A DNA stretch of 64,000 bases from Eutreptiella sp. 'Long Island Sound 2002' (taxonomy: Eukaryota; Protista; Euglenida), in contig OZ038378.1 of NCBI GenBank assembly GCA_964036045.1, positions 28,086,001-28,150,000 of the forward strand. Direction: 5' to 3'. The position numbers and the translations under genes were made by a program. This document shows, one piece after another, positions 22,684 to 33,591 of this stretch. The notes beneath the pieces are model-generated. The model searched no databases and was not told where the DNA came from. It saw only the letters and a program-made list of their open reading frames with translations. Each line of letters starts with the position of its first letter. Position 1 is the first letter of the stretch.

Positions 22684-25650
22684 CTTAGGAGGCCCATAGT
22701 GCACCCTATCGTTTTAGCGAAAAAAGGGGTGATGGGTGGTGTTTTGCGTATGGTAAAATGGGGGTTCAAATTTGCATTTTTTCATCACGCTGGGCTCTGC
22801 AGAGCCCAGACCAGCCATGTAAGTCATTTCTGGCCCCAATATTACACATCTTAGATCTCTGGGCTCTGCAGAACCCAGGTTACAGGTTATACCCTCTGTA
22901 CCTACCCCCGGTACAACACTCGGCACCTGTATACAGTAGTCAAGTCGCCACGCTACATGGCGTTCGGTTAAGTGGTATACTCTCGTTGACATTGTAACAT
23001 ATTCAACCTAAACATTGTCCCCGGATAGGTCAGCAGTAACAGTATTCAAGGATACAACTCCTACATACATCACAAGTGGGCGATGATCCAAGACGCTTAC
23101 CACACCAGGCATCGCACGCATAATCTAGATGGAACCGCCTAAACAAGGCCTATATTAGGATTTTTGAACAACCTGGGCTCTGCAAGTTCATAAACTTGGT
23201 GCTTGAGGGGTGCTTATTAGGGTTTCCCTGTTTGCTGGGCTCTGCAGAGCCCAGACCTTCACAACTTCCCATTTTGCCCCCTTTTGTGTGACATAATAGC
23301 GCTATGACACTTTGAAACTTATTCAACATGTGGACTGTTAGTATTTTTTTCTATGCCTTTCTGCCGCGTTGCTCTTGTATCGTGTTTTACTATGGGGCAC
23401 CCGTGGCATTGTGTAAGTATGACAGTCGCCATTCAGGAGTACGCTGCAACAAGCCTTGGACTGTTTGCACGCAGTTTAGTCCAACAGGGTCCAGTGGGGT
23501 AGTGTTTCTATTGTTGTGGTGCGTCTGATACTATGGGAGTTTCAGGACACATTGTTTGCAATATACCCTAATCTATTGCAGTTGGTTTTTATGCATACTG
23601 TGCAGTGCTCGTACATTTACTATCTCGTCATACGTCCCGTATATTAAGTACATGTAACATGCTTTCTTCCTTTTACAACAACCATGGCTGATTTCCCACA
23701 TGCTAGACGTACGGAGGTGGATGTACCGGGTTCCGGCCAGGATACTGAAGGAGATGAGGCTGTAGGACCTGTACCCTTACCGGTCCCATCAACCAGTAGA
23801 ACAACAGCGCGTCCTGCAGCTGCACTCGCCTTGCAAGAGGCGATTATGTTTACGGGGTCAGCACCCCCATCCCCACCGCGGCCACCAAAGCTTGTCCCCA
23901 AGGACCAGCCAACCCCACCAAAGGCCTCCCTCAATGACCCATTGACTCCAAAGACAATGGAGTTGCTGAGGGACAATAGTGGTGACCAGGCACGATGGTT
24001 CGTGCAGTACATTTGTGGGCTTCGTGCATGGTTCCGTTTTGCATTGCGGAACCCAATGCGCAACCCCCTCGTCACATGGCAACAAGGGGATCGGATATGA
24101 CGATCCCATTTTCTGTCACGCAGCGAGGAGCGGGCTGCATTCATCCTGGATACACTGAATCCAGAATCAGGTCCCCATGTTGAGTTGTCTCCCCATCCCC
24201 GTATCCCACCTCCTCGGCCACTTCCTCCCCCGGATGCCGACCAACCCACAGTTACACAGATTGATCGGAACCCCTCCGATCGCCAGCACGTAAGGTCCCT
24301 TCCATTACCTGTGGAAGCAGACCACACCGGTGGGCAGTCAAAATACAGCCTGTTGCCACCAGTGACTGTACCACATCGAAGCACCCCCCCCCCCCCCGCC
24401 CTGAGTCACAGTCCAGTCACCTCCAGTGGTAGGCGGTCAGTTAGCGCTCCGCTGCCCCTGTCTGATAATGCACTACCCCTAAGGAGTTCCCTCCTGCATC
24501 CCCCCCCGCGCACTTCTCTGCTGCCCACTGCCGCTTTTGCGGACAACCAACATACCCCCAGGTACTCACTTTTGACACGTGCGCATGTAGGATTGTCGCC
24601 GGATGTGGCTCCATCTGCCCCCCCACAATCATCTACTATCCCGGTAAAGAAGGATAGTCGGTATCGCACACGGTGGTCTTATTACCTGATATGCCCCCGG
24701 CCAAATGCCGGAAAACTTTGTGATCCATTAAGTGGTTGGTCTACTCCCCAAATGGGTGGTATGCACCCCATAACTATCATTTCTTGGGACCCTGGGCTCT
24801 GCAGAGCCCAGCTCGCGCCAAATGCTACTTTTACCCCTTCTCGATTACTTGCTCGTGGCACGTCCCTCCCTGTTTTTCCTCTGTCTATTACACGGCCCGC
24901 CATTACTGATTACGGGACGCTTACATGCGGTCTCTTTGTACGACAGAATGGCGCACTGGTCGCCAAATGATATTGTCGGCTGTGCGCCATGGTGTGGCAA
25001 AGGAATTCATAAAATTCTGTGCGGGTCTACGTGTCAACAAGCGAACCCGCATTACGCTCGACCGCATTCGCAAGGTGTTGGCACGAAAACAATGGCCGCG
25101 TTGGCTAACTAATTTTTCCAAGGAGGCCTATTATGTATGGCTGGGGATGCGTCGCATGGCTTTGCCACAAGCGGCCGTCCCCAGTGGTGAGAGCACCATT
25201 GCTGTAATGCGGGCAGACAGCCGCAAGCTGGTGCACGCTGGTCTCACCAAGCCATCCCGGTTGTCTATTGCAGACCAGGGGGCATTGCAGTTCCAGAAAC
25301 TGTGGCGTAGCATTGTTCGCCGTGATATTGTGGTGTGGGTGGACAACTGGTGGCATGCCCAGTTTCGGGCCAATCCGGTGAAACCCAATGTCTGTCTAGA
25401 TGTGACCGCCATAGCGGTATTGCACACAACCCCCCTTCTACAGTGGCTGCGCTTGCATGTTGTGGGGGCCCAAAATGGTGCCTTTTGGCTGCTTCGCACC
25501 CCTAAATTGCGTGTCGTTCCTCCTCCCCATACACCGAGGCTGGGAACCACCCCTCCGTTCCGCTTGGCTATGCAGCAGAAAGGCTAGGCTCTGTGCACGA
25601 GATGAATTTTTTTTTGAAAAAACGATAGGGGGCACTATGGGCCTCCTAAG
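22684..25650 (+). mobile_element. TIR DNA transposon, 2967 bp, 32-bp TIRs, 5-bp TSD ACCTT; superfamily unassigned
   Basis: Left TIR cttaggaggcccatagtgcaccctatcgtttt (22684-22715) matches the reverse complement of 25619-25650 with 1 mismatch. ACCTT flanks both ends (22679-22683 and 25651-25655). Confidence 0.9.
23684..25440 (+). pseudogene. Disrupted, 3'-truncated putative transposase of the TIR element
   Basis: Fragments 23684-24100, 24185-24970 and 24925-25587. The last has a beta-strand-Asp motif DIVVWVDNWWHAQFRANP, then loses coherence after TTPL (~25440), consistent with an internal deletion. Confidence 0.45.
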
Positions 25651-26870
25651 ACCTTCCTTGCGACCTCCAATGGCAGCACCACCGACCCCTTGCAGATCCG
25701 CCCCCGGGCATCCCCCGCCTCTTGGATGGGGAAGGAGGAGGGGTCGGCGGGGGCAACAAACTCCCGAAGGAAGTAGCGCGCTGTGGCACGGGTCCAGCCC
25801 CGTGCCCCCTTTTTCACGTCCTCTGCAGCAAGGATCTGCGGGTTGAGGGTGATGGCTACCCTCGCCGTCGTCACTTCCGGGGCGGTGCCGCGCAGGGGGC
25901 AGGAGGAGGCATCAAACTCGCTCCCCCCCCTGGTCGACCCAGTGCATGTCCTCGTCGCCGTCTTCTGCCTCCCGCTGCCAGCGTAGGCGCAGCACATGGC
26001 GCGGCGAAGCGGAGTCGGTAAACCCCCCCCTCCCGGCATTCCCACGGCTCGCGGAACGGGAGAGGTTGCCAGTGCACGACCCTGCCCTCGAGCTCCACGC
26101 CCTCGCGGCTGACCCCCTGCGCACAAAAAAGCTCAGCGGCCGTGCACGAGGTGCGACCCGCCGCTTGCACTGGTAAGACGGAGGAGACGCCCTCCACCGG
26201 CGGCCACTTGTCGACCGCGGCCGCGGCGATGCTCTGAGAAGGGGATGCTCTGCGTCGCCGTCGGTGACCGGCCGGCCGTGGGCATCGCGACGGGGCCGAA
26301 TTTGCCAGGCCGCGCTAGCCGCCAACGCCGCATAGGCGCGCTCTTTGTAGGGGCACACGAACAACATCACGGCCGTGGGCCGTGGGCCCTTCTCCGGAAG
26401 TTCGAGGAGCAGGTGCGGGATGCACACAACGGGACATCCTCTCGGGTTGGAAAAGGCACTGGTGTACACCGTACACACGGCGAAAGCAAGACAAGGCGAG
26501 GCGCCGCCTCTCGTCGGTACGGGCACAAACACACCGGCGAAGCACTCTATGCGTGCAGCTCTCATCACACTCACATACGCTCAGCCTTCGGCCAAAGACG
26601 GGGTGGGGATGGCTCCTCGCATGCCCCCAATTCTGTCGACCGCACGCTCCACCCTACTCCCCTGCACGACGGCGCACATGCACATGCGAGAGAGTGGCGA
26701 TATAGACAGCTCTAAATGCTGGGACAGGGAGATGTAGCTGCACCAGATGGTGTCCAAGCCGGCAGATTCTGCACTCCTGGCGGAGCTGTGGCCGCTCTCG
26801 GAGGCCGGGCAGTGTGGGCATGTCTCGGCGGGGGAGAGGACAGGGTAGGCACATGATGGACACGGGAAAC
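25651..26870 (-). pseudogene. Disrupted unknown ORF (ORF-D) with an N-terminal CxxC-x10-CxxC zinc ribbon, split by the TIR element
   Basis: CPSCAYPVLSPAETCPHC near the 5' end, then several protein-like fragments. Removing the TIR element and one TSD copy joins LEVARK|VVRVSGR in frame into 22678 and below. Confidence 0.45.
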
Positions 26871-27332
26871 CATGACTACGCCAAATTGTAGCGAGGTAGG
26901 AGAGGGTGGATGGAATGAGAGGGTGTGTTGTGCAAGGCGACACATTGTGGTGGCAAGTGAGATACTCTGGACACGCTCCCCCACGATCAATGGAGTTCGC
27001 CCCACCGCCTCTGCTTGCATTTGCGGGGCGGGTTGACGGTGTAGAGCACCTAACAAACCAAGCAAGGTGTGAAGCCACCGGGGGCCATTCGCCTCACCCG
27101 CCGCCGGCACCAGTGGGGGAGAAGAGGAGCTCCCCCCCCCCTCTGGTTGATGCACCCCCCCTTGGGCTGGATCTAGGTCTGCCCGTACTACTGGGCCTGC
27201 TGCTCCTGCCCCTCCCTTGCTGATTCTCCGGGGGAATCTCTATCCTGTTGCAAAGCGAAAGCAAGCGCCACTGCCCCCCCTTCGCCATCCCCAAGGGACC
27301 AGGGGACCGCTGGCGGCTCCTGCTGTGGCGGG

Positions 27333-27850
27333 GTGTACTATTAGCGAGGGCACAGGCCGATTAAAGTCCCAGACGCTGTGTGACGGGTTAAGCGAGGGGG
27401 TTATGGGTCAGGGACTGCCTACGCTGCTGCCCCCCGCCCACCCCTAGTGTCGCAGCGCGACGGAACGCATGGGCGCCCAAGGTCAGGTGTCCGGCCCCTC
27501 TGCCCTCACGTGGCCCTACCGCGGGCTCCCCGAACGCCTTGTGGGCGCCGGAGCACCCAACCTCTGCAGGGCCTCCTCCTCGTTGTCGTCCTCACTCCCC
27601 AGCCTTCCCGTGGGGTAAGGGGAAGGGCGCACACACGCCTCCCATCCCGAATAGCGGGTGTTGGCACGCACCGCCCACCGCTCGCACCAGTCCCTGTTGT
27701 CCCTTCTAGTCCCGGGAGCAGCAATGCCGCACCCCCGTTGCCCCCAACACGACTTGCAGGCGGGGGCCCTGTGCGCATCGCGGAGGGATTGCATGGGGCA
27801 CCAATGCCCCGCACCATCCTCGACCCTGCCCGCTGCGCCAACAGCACAAG
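27333..27850 (-). mobile_element. 3' fragment of the GC-rich LINE family
   Basis: The reverse complement ends in ccctcgctaatagtacac and is colinear with the 3' part (~36530-37007) of copy B. Confidence 0.65.
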
Positions 27851-27859
27851 GGGCGGGTG

Positions 27860-28452
27860 AGGGGCTCATCGCCGAAGGGCGCCTGGGGTGTGTCGTCGGC
27901 CGTCGCCACTGCACCGTTGCCTGTGCCATTCGTGTCCAGGGCCAACGAGGACAGGTGGGCCGCCGAGACGCGGTTGGGGGACGTCACCCGGGAAAGGGAC
28001 CGCCTCGCCGCTAGGGTGAAAACCCTGGAGCGCGACTTGGGGACGGCGCGCAAGACCGCGGGGGGCAGCCACCGGCACAAACAGGGGAGGGTGCCGAGGG
28101 TGCCGTGGGCCCAACGGCCGAGAGGGCGGGGGGGACCCCCGATCCCGCTGGCATTCGTTACCTTTTGGCCGGTGCGCAGGCATGGCATGCCGAGGCTGAG
28201 GCAGGAGCAAGACAGATGTCGGCCGTCTCGATGGGCCTCCGGATGGCCCTGCTGGCGAGTGGCCAGGCGGTCGAGGTGGCGACCGTGCCGCCCGACATGG
28301 CCAAGGTCACTGCCGCCCACGAGGACATGGGCCGGCAGTACCCCCCCCACCGCCTCACGGCGGCAGCGATGGACGCCTCTTTCGTCGAGGCGGTGTGGCA
28401 GAGCTCCGAGGGCTCCGCTGGCCGGAGCTCTGCTCCGGGGGGGGGGGGGTAG
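27860..28452 (+). pseudogene. Disrupted unknown ORF (ORF-E) with a coiled-coil-like segment
   Basis: RANEDRWAAETRLGDVTRERDRLAARVKTLERDL, then a frameshifted helical segment GIRYLLAGAQAWHAEAEAGARQ...FVEAVWQ. Confidence 0.35.
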
Positions 28453-28826
28453 CTCACCCTTAGACTTCGGCACCACGTGTCCCTTCTAATCTGCACGGAT
28501 GTTAATTGTTAATCATTATATATGAATATATGTACATGCAAGTATTGCCTGCAACCCCCCCCTCCCGGCAAGGGTTGTTTGAACGACATGTGGGGTACTC
28601 CCCCCCCCCACTTTGCGGAATTTTTTTCAGCACAGTCTATATTTTTTTTGCTCCCTCATGTGCTAGTCCTTCTTTTACAGTGCTAAGGGTGTCAGCCGAA
28701 ACAATAACACAAGTGGACATTGGATTTGGTGTGCGGTGACCCGTGAGCTTGAGCCTGTGCTTGCTTTGTTAGGGCAACGAGGGCAAGGCGCAGAGTCAAA
28801 ATTTTTTGTGAAAAAATTCGCTCAGC

Positions 28827-28937
28827 TTCACGTGAAATTGGTACGATTTTGGTGCGAATTTTACACAACCTTCAGTCTTCACACACAATCATTCACGTGA
28901 AACTCGTACGAAATTCGTACGAATTTCATACGAGTTT
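28827..28937. repeat. 11-bp-periodic palindrome array (module 3), homologous to module 1
   Basis: Hexamers start at 28829, 28840, 28851, 28862 and 28894, 28905, 28916, 28927. The 32-bp offset between half-arrays and the spacer sequence resemble module 1. Confidence 0.9.
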
Positions 28938-29034
28938 CTCCTGAATATCACCAAATTTAGTAACCTTGTGCATGGGGATGGTAGAAACCTCCGATAAAAT
29001 CCTCCCCATTTGCACACGGTTTGTACCAGACACC

Positions 29035-30497
29035 ATGCCGCGTGGTGATGGTGCTCGGGCCAAGGAGCCATTCCATTTGGTAGCGGAGCGTACACGACGG
29101 AGGCGCCTACAAGAACTCCAGCAAGTTGTTACAAAGGAGCTTGCAGCACCCTACACCGTCACGTACCTGCCCGACACCGGGCAAATAGTGCTTAACCCAG
29201 AAACAAGACGCCGTCCCGCCTGAGCCCACCATGGAGGAGAGGTTGATTATGGCAGTGTGGCGCAACCGGTCGTTGCACCTCTCTAGGACAGAGGTGCGGT
29301 ACCTAGTGGGGAGCATGACGTACGGTGTGGTATGGGACCAGGTGTACGGCATGCTTCGGCAGCTAGCGTTCCCGGAGTCCCGGGTGTTCACTGCCTATAC
29401 GGGAGACGACACAGCCCTCCATGGTGCGGCTTGCTACCTACCCGACCGCATCGCCCACTTGTACAAGTGTCGACCACCCCCACCCTCGGACATCATGCAG
29501 GCCGGGGACTAACGGATGCATTGGTTGCCTATCGCGGTTGATGGTACATCGAGGCATGAGGCCTCGTACGTCCATTGCACGCTTGGTGGCACCGCCAGCC
29601 CCAACCAACTATCTGGTTGGTGGCTACTGGGGGCGAATGAAAAGTGGGAGATCCTCTACACGGCCTCCCAAGAAATCGATTTTTATGATGAGTTGCGCCA
29701 GGCCGCAACCGTAAGTTTTAAAGATACGGAAGGGAACGATAGGCAGTCCCTTTTTGTTTCTTTGCGCAGATGGGAAAGCACAGGTGCTCATGGCGGGCTG
29801 CCAAAACTGGAAGGCAGAATCCCCTGGTGCCACCGTGTGTTGGGTCTGCATGCGCAACCGTATTGTTTGCTTTGCTACCTTTGGCACAGCAAGTGCAATA
29901 GACGCCAACTGGATAGGGTCTGTTGCCATAGGTGCTATATATAGGACCATTACAAGTGATAGGCGAGTGCCTGATTATGGCCTGCATGGGGTCCTCCGTG
30001 TCCTGTTGTGTGGCATAAACGGGACACGGGACCTTGTTGTACAATTGATAGGTAAGTCACCGGCCACTGTGGCACGCACCATGCTCCAACTAGTTCTAGA
30101 TGAGGCACGGCTTGCAGCATGAACTTGTAGCCTTGCCTCATTAAACAATGACAAGGCAAACAGCAAGGGGAAGGTAAGGATGGAGTGTGCTGCTGCCATC
30201 CATTTCATGCGGAACAAGGGTTGGGAGAAGGTAATGGATGCTTGCCTACAACACCCCAGTGTGAGGCAACATCAAGTAGGAGGAAAAAGTTGGGAGCCGG
30301 TGTGCAGAACATGGTGGGAGAATTTTGCAAGCATGTGTGTATTCCTTTGGCGTTCCGCATGGTTCTCCGGGGCCGACTTGGGGCGGCTCCGAAACCATAC
30401 CATAGCCATGGGCGCCGCCCACAATGAGCTCCAGTGGGGCAAACTTATGTGGACGCATCTTTGGATCGACCACATGTATTATTTTGCGAAGAAGTGC
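29035..30497 (+). pseudogene. RAG1/Transib-like DDE transposase pseudogene, 3'-truncated
   Basis: WLPIAVDG (D at 29540), FLCADGK (D at 29769), CWVC (29838-29849), GLHGVLR (H at 29985) and THLWIDHM (H-x4-H, 30456-30473), in the order of RAG1 D600, D708, C727/C730, H795, H937/H942. Two frameshifts and several stops. The catalytic Glu region is missing after 30497. Confidence 0.65.
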
Positions 30498-30616
30498 AGC
30501 CGCCCCCCTTCCTGATCTAAAGCACGTTGGGGCGCTGCGTGTGGGCGGCGGCGTTGACGCCCTCCATAGGCACCGCCCCCTCCGCATCTCCTCCGCCCCT
30601 CTCCCGCCCCTTATAC

Positions 30617-32687
30617 CCCTGTAGGGGGGGGGGTGGGGGGGCTTGCACCTGGGCAGACCTCCCGAGACGCTTGACTCGCTGGAGGGGGGGGGGGGGGGGC
30701 TGCACCCCCGTCACCTCCCAAACCCCATCGCGGCCCCGGGAGTTGCCCGAGGGGACGAGAACCCCTGGCCAGCCTTCAGTGACCCCAGTGAAGGTGATGT
30801 CCCACCGCGGGTGGTCCAGCTCTGAATGAGGGAGGTGTTCGCACCGCACAAAGCGAATATCCCCCGCACCCACCTCGAATACCTCCGGAAACTCCCGCCG
30901 GAAGTGCGCCAAGCCATCCTCGGGGGCTCCGTAACTGATGGGGTGACCCCCCACCCGAGCCACCACCCTCCGCGGGGTGATCTCCGCCCCCAAGAGCTTC
31001 ACACTGCCTGGGCCACCCCCTGTGGCACTTGCTGCACACCAAAAAGGCGGACCCCCACCCTGCCCTCCTGATACCCTTGGACCAGCCCCCTAAACTGACC
31101 GCTGATCTGCGGGTCGGAGGCGAGCTTCGCCCACAGACCGGGGATGGGGGCTGTGACGGAGGCGGGCAGGCACACCCACAGCATCCCCCCTGGCACTAGT
31201 AAATCCCCCCCCTTGCATCCAGAGCCTGCAGGTGATCCCCTTATACTTGCCGCTGGCCCTGATGACGGCCTGGGCCTGCACGAGGGGAAGCACCACAGAC
31301 GCCTCGCACCGCTTCCCCTTTGCACCCCCCTTCTCCTGCATCGGGTAGGAGCATGGGTCGCACGGGGAAACAAATTCTTGCGGAAATTTCTGCACAGTGG
31401 TGCGGATCTAGCCCCGCGCCCGCTTTCTCTCCCCGTGAGCGAGAAGAGCTTGGGATCAACGGAGATAGCAACCCTCACCTGAACCGCCTCCCCAGGGGGC
31501 AGGGGGTCATGAAAGGGGGGGTGGGGGGTTCCGCGTCGTCGGCACTCGACCCGTCCCCCTCCCCACTGTCGACCAGCATACCCCGGTTGTCTTGCTCCCC
31601 CTCAGGCGCGGGGCTAGATCCGCGCCACTGTGCAAAAATTTCCGCAGGAATTTGTTTCCCCGTGCGACCCATGATCCTACCCGATGCAGGAGGTGGGGGG
31701 TGCACAGGGGAAGCGGTGCGAGGCGTCTGTGGTGCTTCCCCTCGTGCAGGCCCAGGCCGTCATCAGGGCCAGCGGCAAGTACAAGGGGATCACCTGTAGG
31801 CCCTGGAAGCAAGGGGGGGGGGTTTACTAGTGCCAGAAGGGATGCTGTGGGTGTGCCTGCCCGCCTCCGTCAGAGCCCCTATCCCCGGTCTGTGGGCGAA
31901 GCTCGCCTCCGACCCGCAGATCAACGGTCAGTTTAGGGGGCTGGTCCAAGGGTATCAGGAGGGCAGGGTGGGGGTTCGCCTTTTTGGTGTGCAGCAAGTG
32001 CCACAGGGGGTGGCCCAGGCAGTGTGAAGCTCTTGGGGGCGGAGATCACCCCGCGGAGGGTGGTGGCTCGGGTGGGGGGTCACCCCATCAGTTACGGAGC
32101 CCCCGAGGATGGCTTGGCGGCCTTCCGGCGGGAGTTCCCGGAGGTATTCGGGGTGGGTGCGGGGGATATTCGCTTTGTGCGGTGCGAACACCTCCCTCAT
32201 TGGGGGCTGGACCACCCGCGGTGGGACATCACCTTCACTGGGGTCACTGAAGGCTGGCCAGGGGTTCTCGTCCCCTCGGGCAACTCCCGGGGCCGCGATG
32301 GGGTTTGGGAGGTGACGGGGGTGCAGCCCCCCCCCCCCCCCCCCAGCGGCACTGTGGGTGGGTGGTGGGTGCGAGCTGACCTCAGTGTCCGGAGGACTAG
32401 GGCCAATGCACAGTCAGCAACCACCTGGTGCGGTACAGAACTGGTCTACGATGCAGTGCAGCAAGCAAAACACTGAACTGTGTGGTGATGACCATGCGCC
32501 TGTGACACGGGGGCGTATGTGAGCCCAGTTTCCGTTGCCTCATGGCCCCCAGCGAGTGTGGTTATGACCATGCGCCTGTGACACGGGGGCGTATGCGAGC
32601 CCAGTATCCGTTGCTTCATGGCCCCCGGCGAGTCAAGCGTCTCCGGAGGTTTGCTTGGGTGAAAGGTCCCCCCCCCCCCCCTACAGG
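30617..32687. repeat. Large inverted duplication (core arms 30678-31420 and 31605-32348, spacer 184 bp)
   Basis: Near-identical ORFs appear on opposite strands (MKLLGAEITPRRVV... at 30517-31002 minus and 32024-32476 plus). Arm homology resumes at 32628-32687 after a ~280-bp insertion. Confidence 0.9.
32349..32627 (+). repeat. ~200-bp short interspersed repeat with a duplicated 3' segment; second copy at 33248-33447
   Basis: gcactgtgggtgggtggtgggtgcgagctgacctcagtgtcc...ccgttgcctcatggccc is present at both loci. Confidence 0.8.
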
Positions 32688-33591
32688 GAGGAGCAACAGA
32701 GAGGAGAGAGAGAGAGAGAGTGGGGCGAAGGAGAGAGAGCAGGAGAAAACGTGAGGGAGAGAGTGGGAGAGAGACCCACAGAGCAAGAGTCGGGGGCTAA
32801 CCGGCGCAAAGGGAGGGTGGTGGGTTTGAGCTGACCAGGGTGTAAGGGACGCCAAGACAACACAGAACAGTCAAATGGTGAAATAACAGGGCGCCATTGC
32901 GCCCCTGAGCCACAGGCTCGACACGTCGTTACGTGTTGAAGGGCCGATGCATGACTGGGGCTGCACGAGTGCGGCCCATGTGAGGAAGACGGAAGCAAGT
33001 AGGCATGAATATGTGGGCAGCATGCACGTGCATGGTGTGGAGCTGAAATGGTATGCGCCACATACAGTACTGCAACGATCTTTTGAGTCGCCTGGCAGCC
33101 GGAGCACTTGCTGAAATGTTGAGACGCCTTTGCGCCACCAAAGGCGCCTTTGCGCCCCCGAGGCTCGAGTACGACACGTCCTCACGTGCCAGGGAGCAAG
33201 TCCAAGACAGGAGCACGACCTGCAGGGCAAGGGTTAGAGACTAACCGGCACTGTGGGTGGGTGGTGGGTGCGAGCTGACCTCAGTGTCCAGAGGGCCAGA
33301 GCCAATGCACAGTCAGCAACCACCTGGTGTGGTACAGAACTGGTCTGCGCTGCAGTGCAGCAAGCAAAACACTGAACAATGTGGTGATGACCATGCGCCT
33401 GTGGCACGGGGGCGTATGCGAGCCCAGTATCCGTTGCCTCATGGCCCTGCAGATTGTGCTCCTATGTACTCACGCCCGTGAAGGACTCCAGCCTGGGCAT
33501 GCCCCGCGTCTGACCTATTCTGGGTTCCAGTCTTGTCAAGCCCCGGCTCTGACCCGTGCCAAGACCTAGTCTTGTCACGCCCCGGCTCTGA

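Noticed and set aside
22790-23254. Repeated palindromic 20-mers as a CRISPR array
   Set aside because: Spacing is irregular (69, 314 and 62 bp, plus a distant copy), there are no cas genes, and they sit inside a eukaryotic TIR element.
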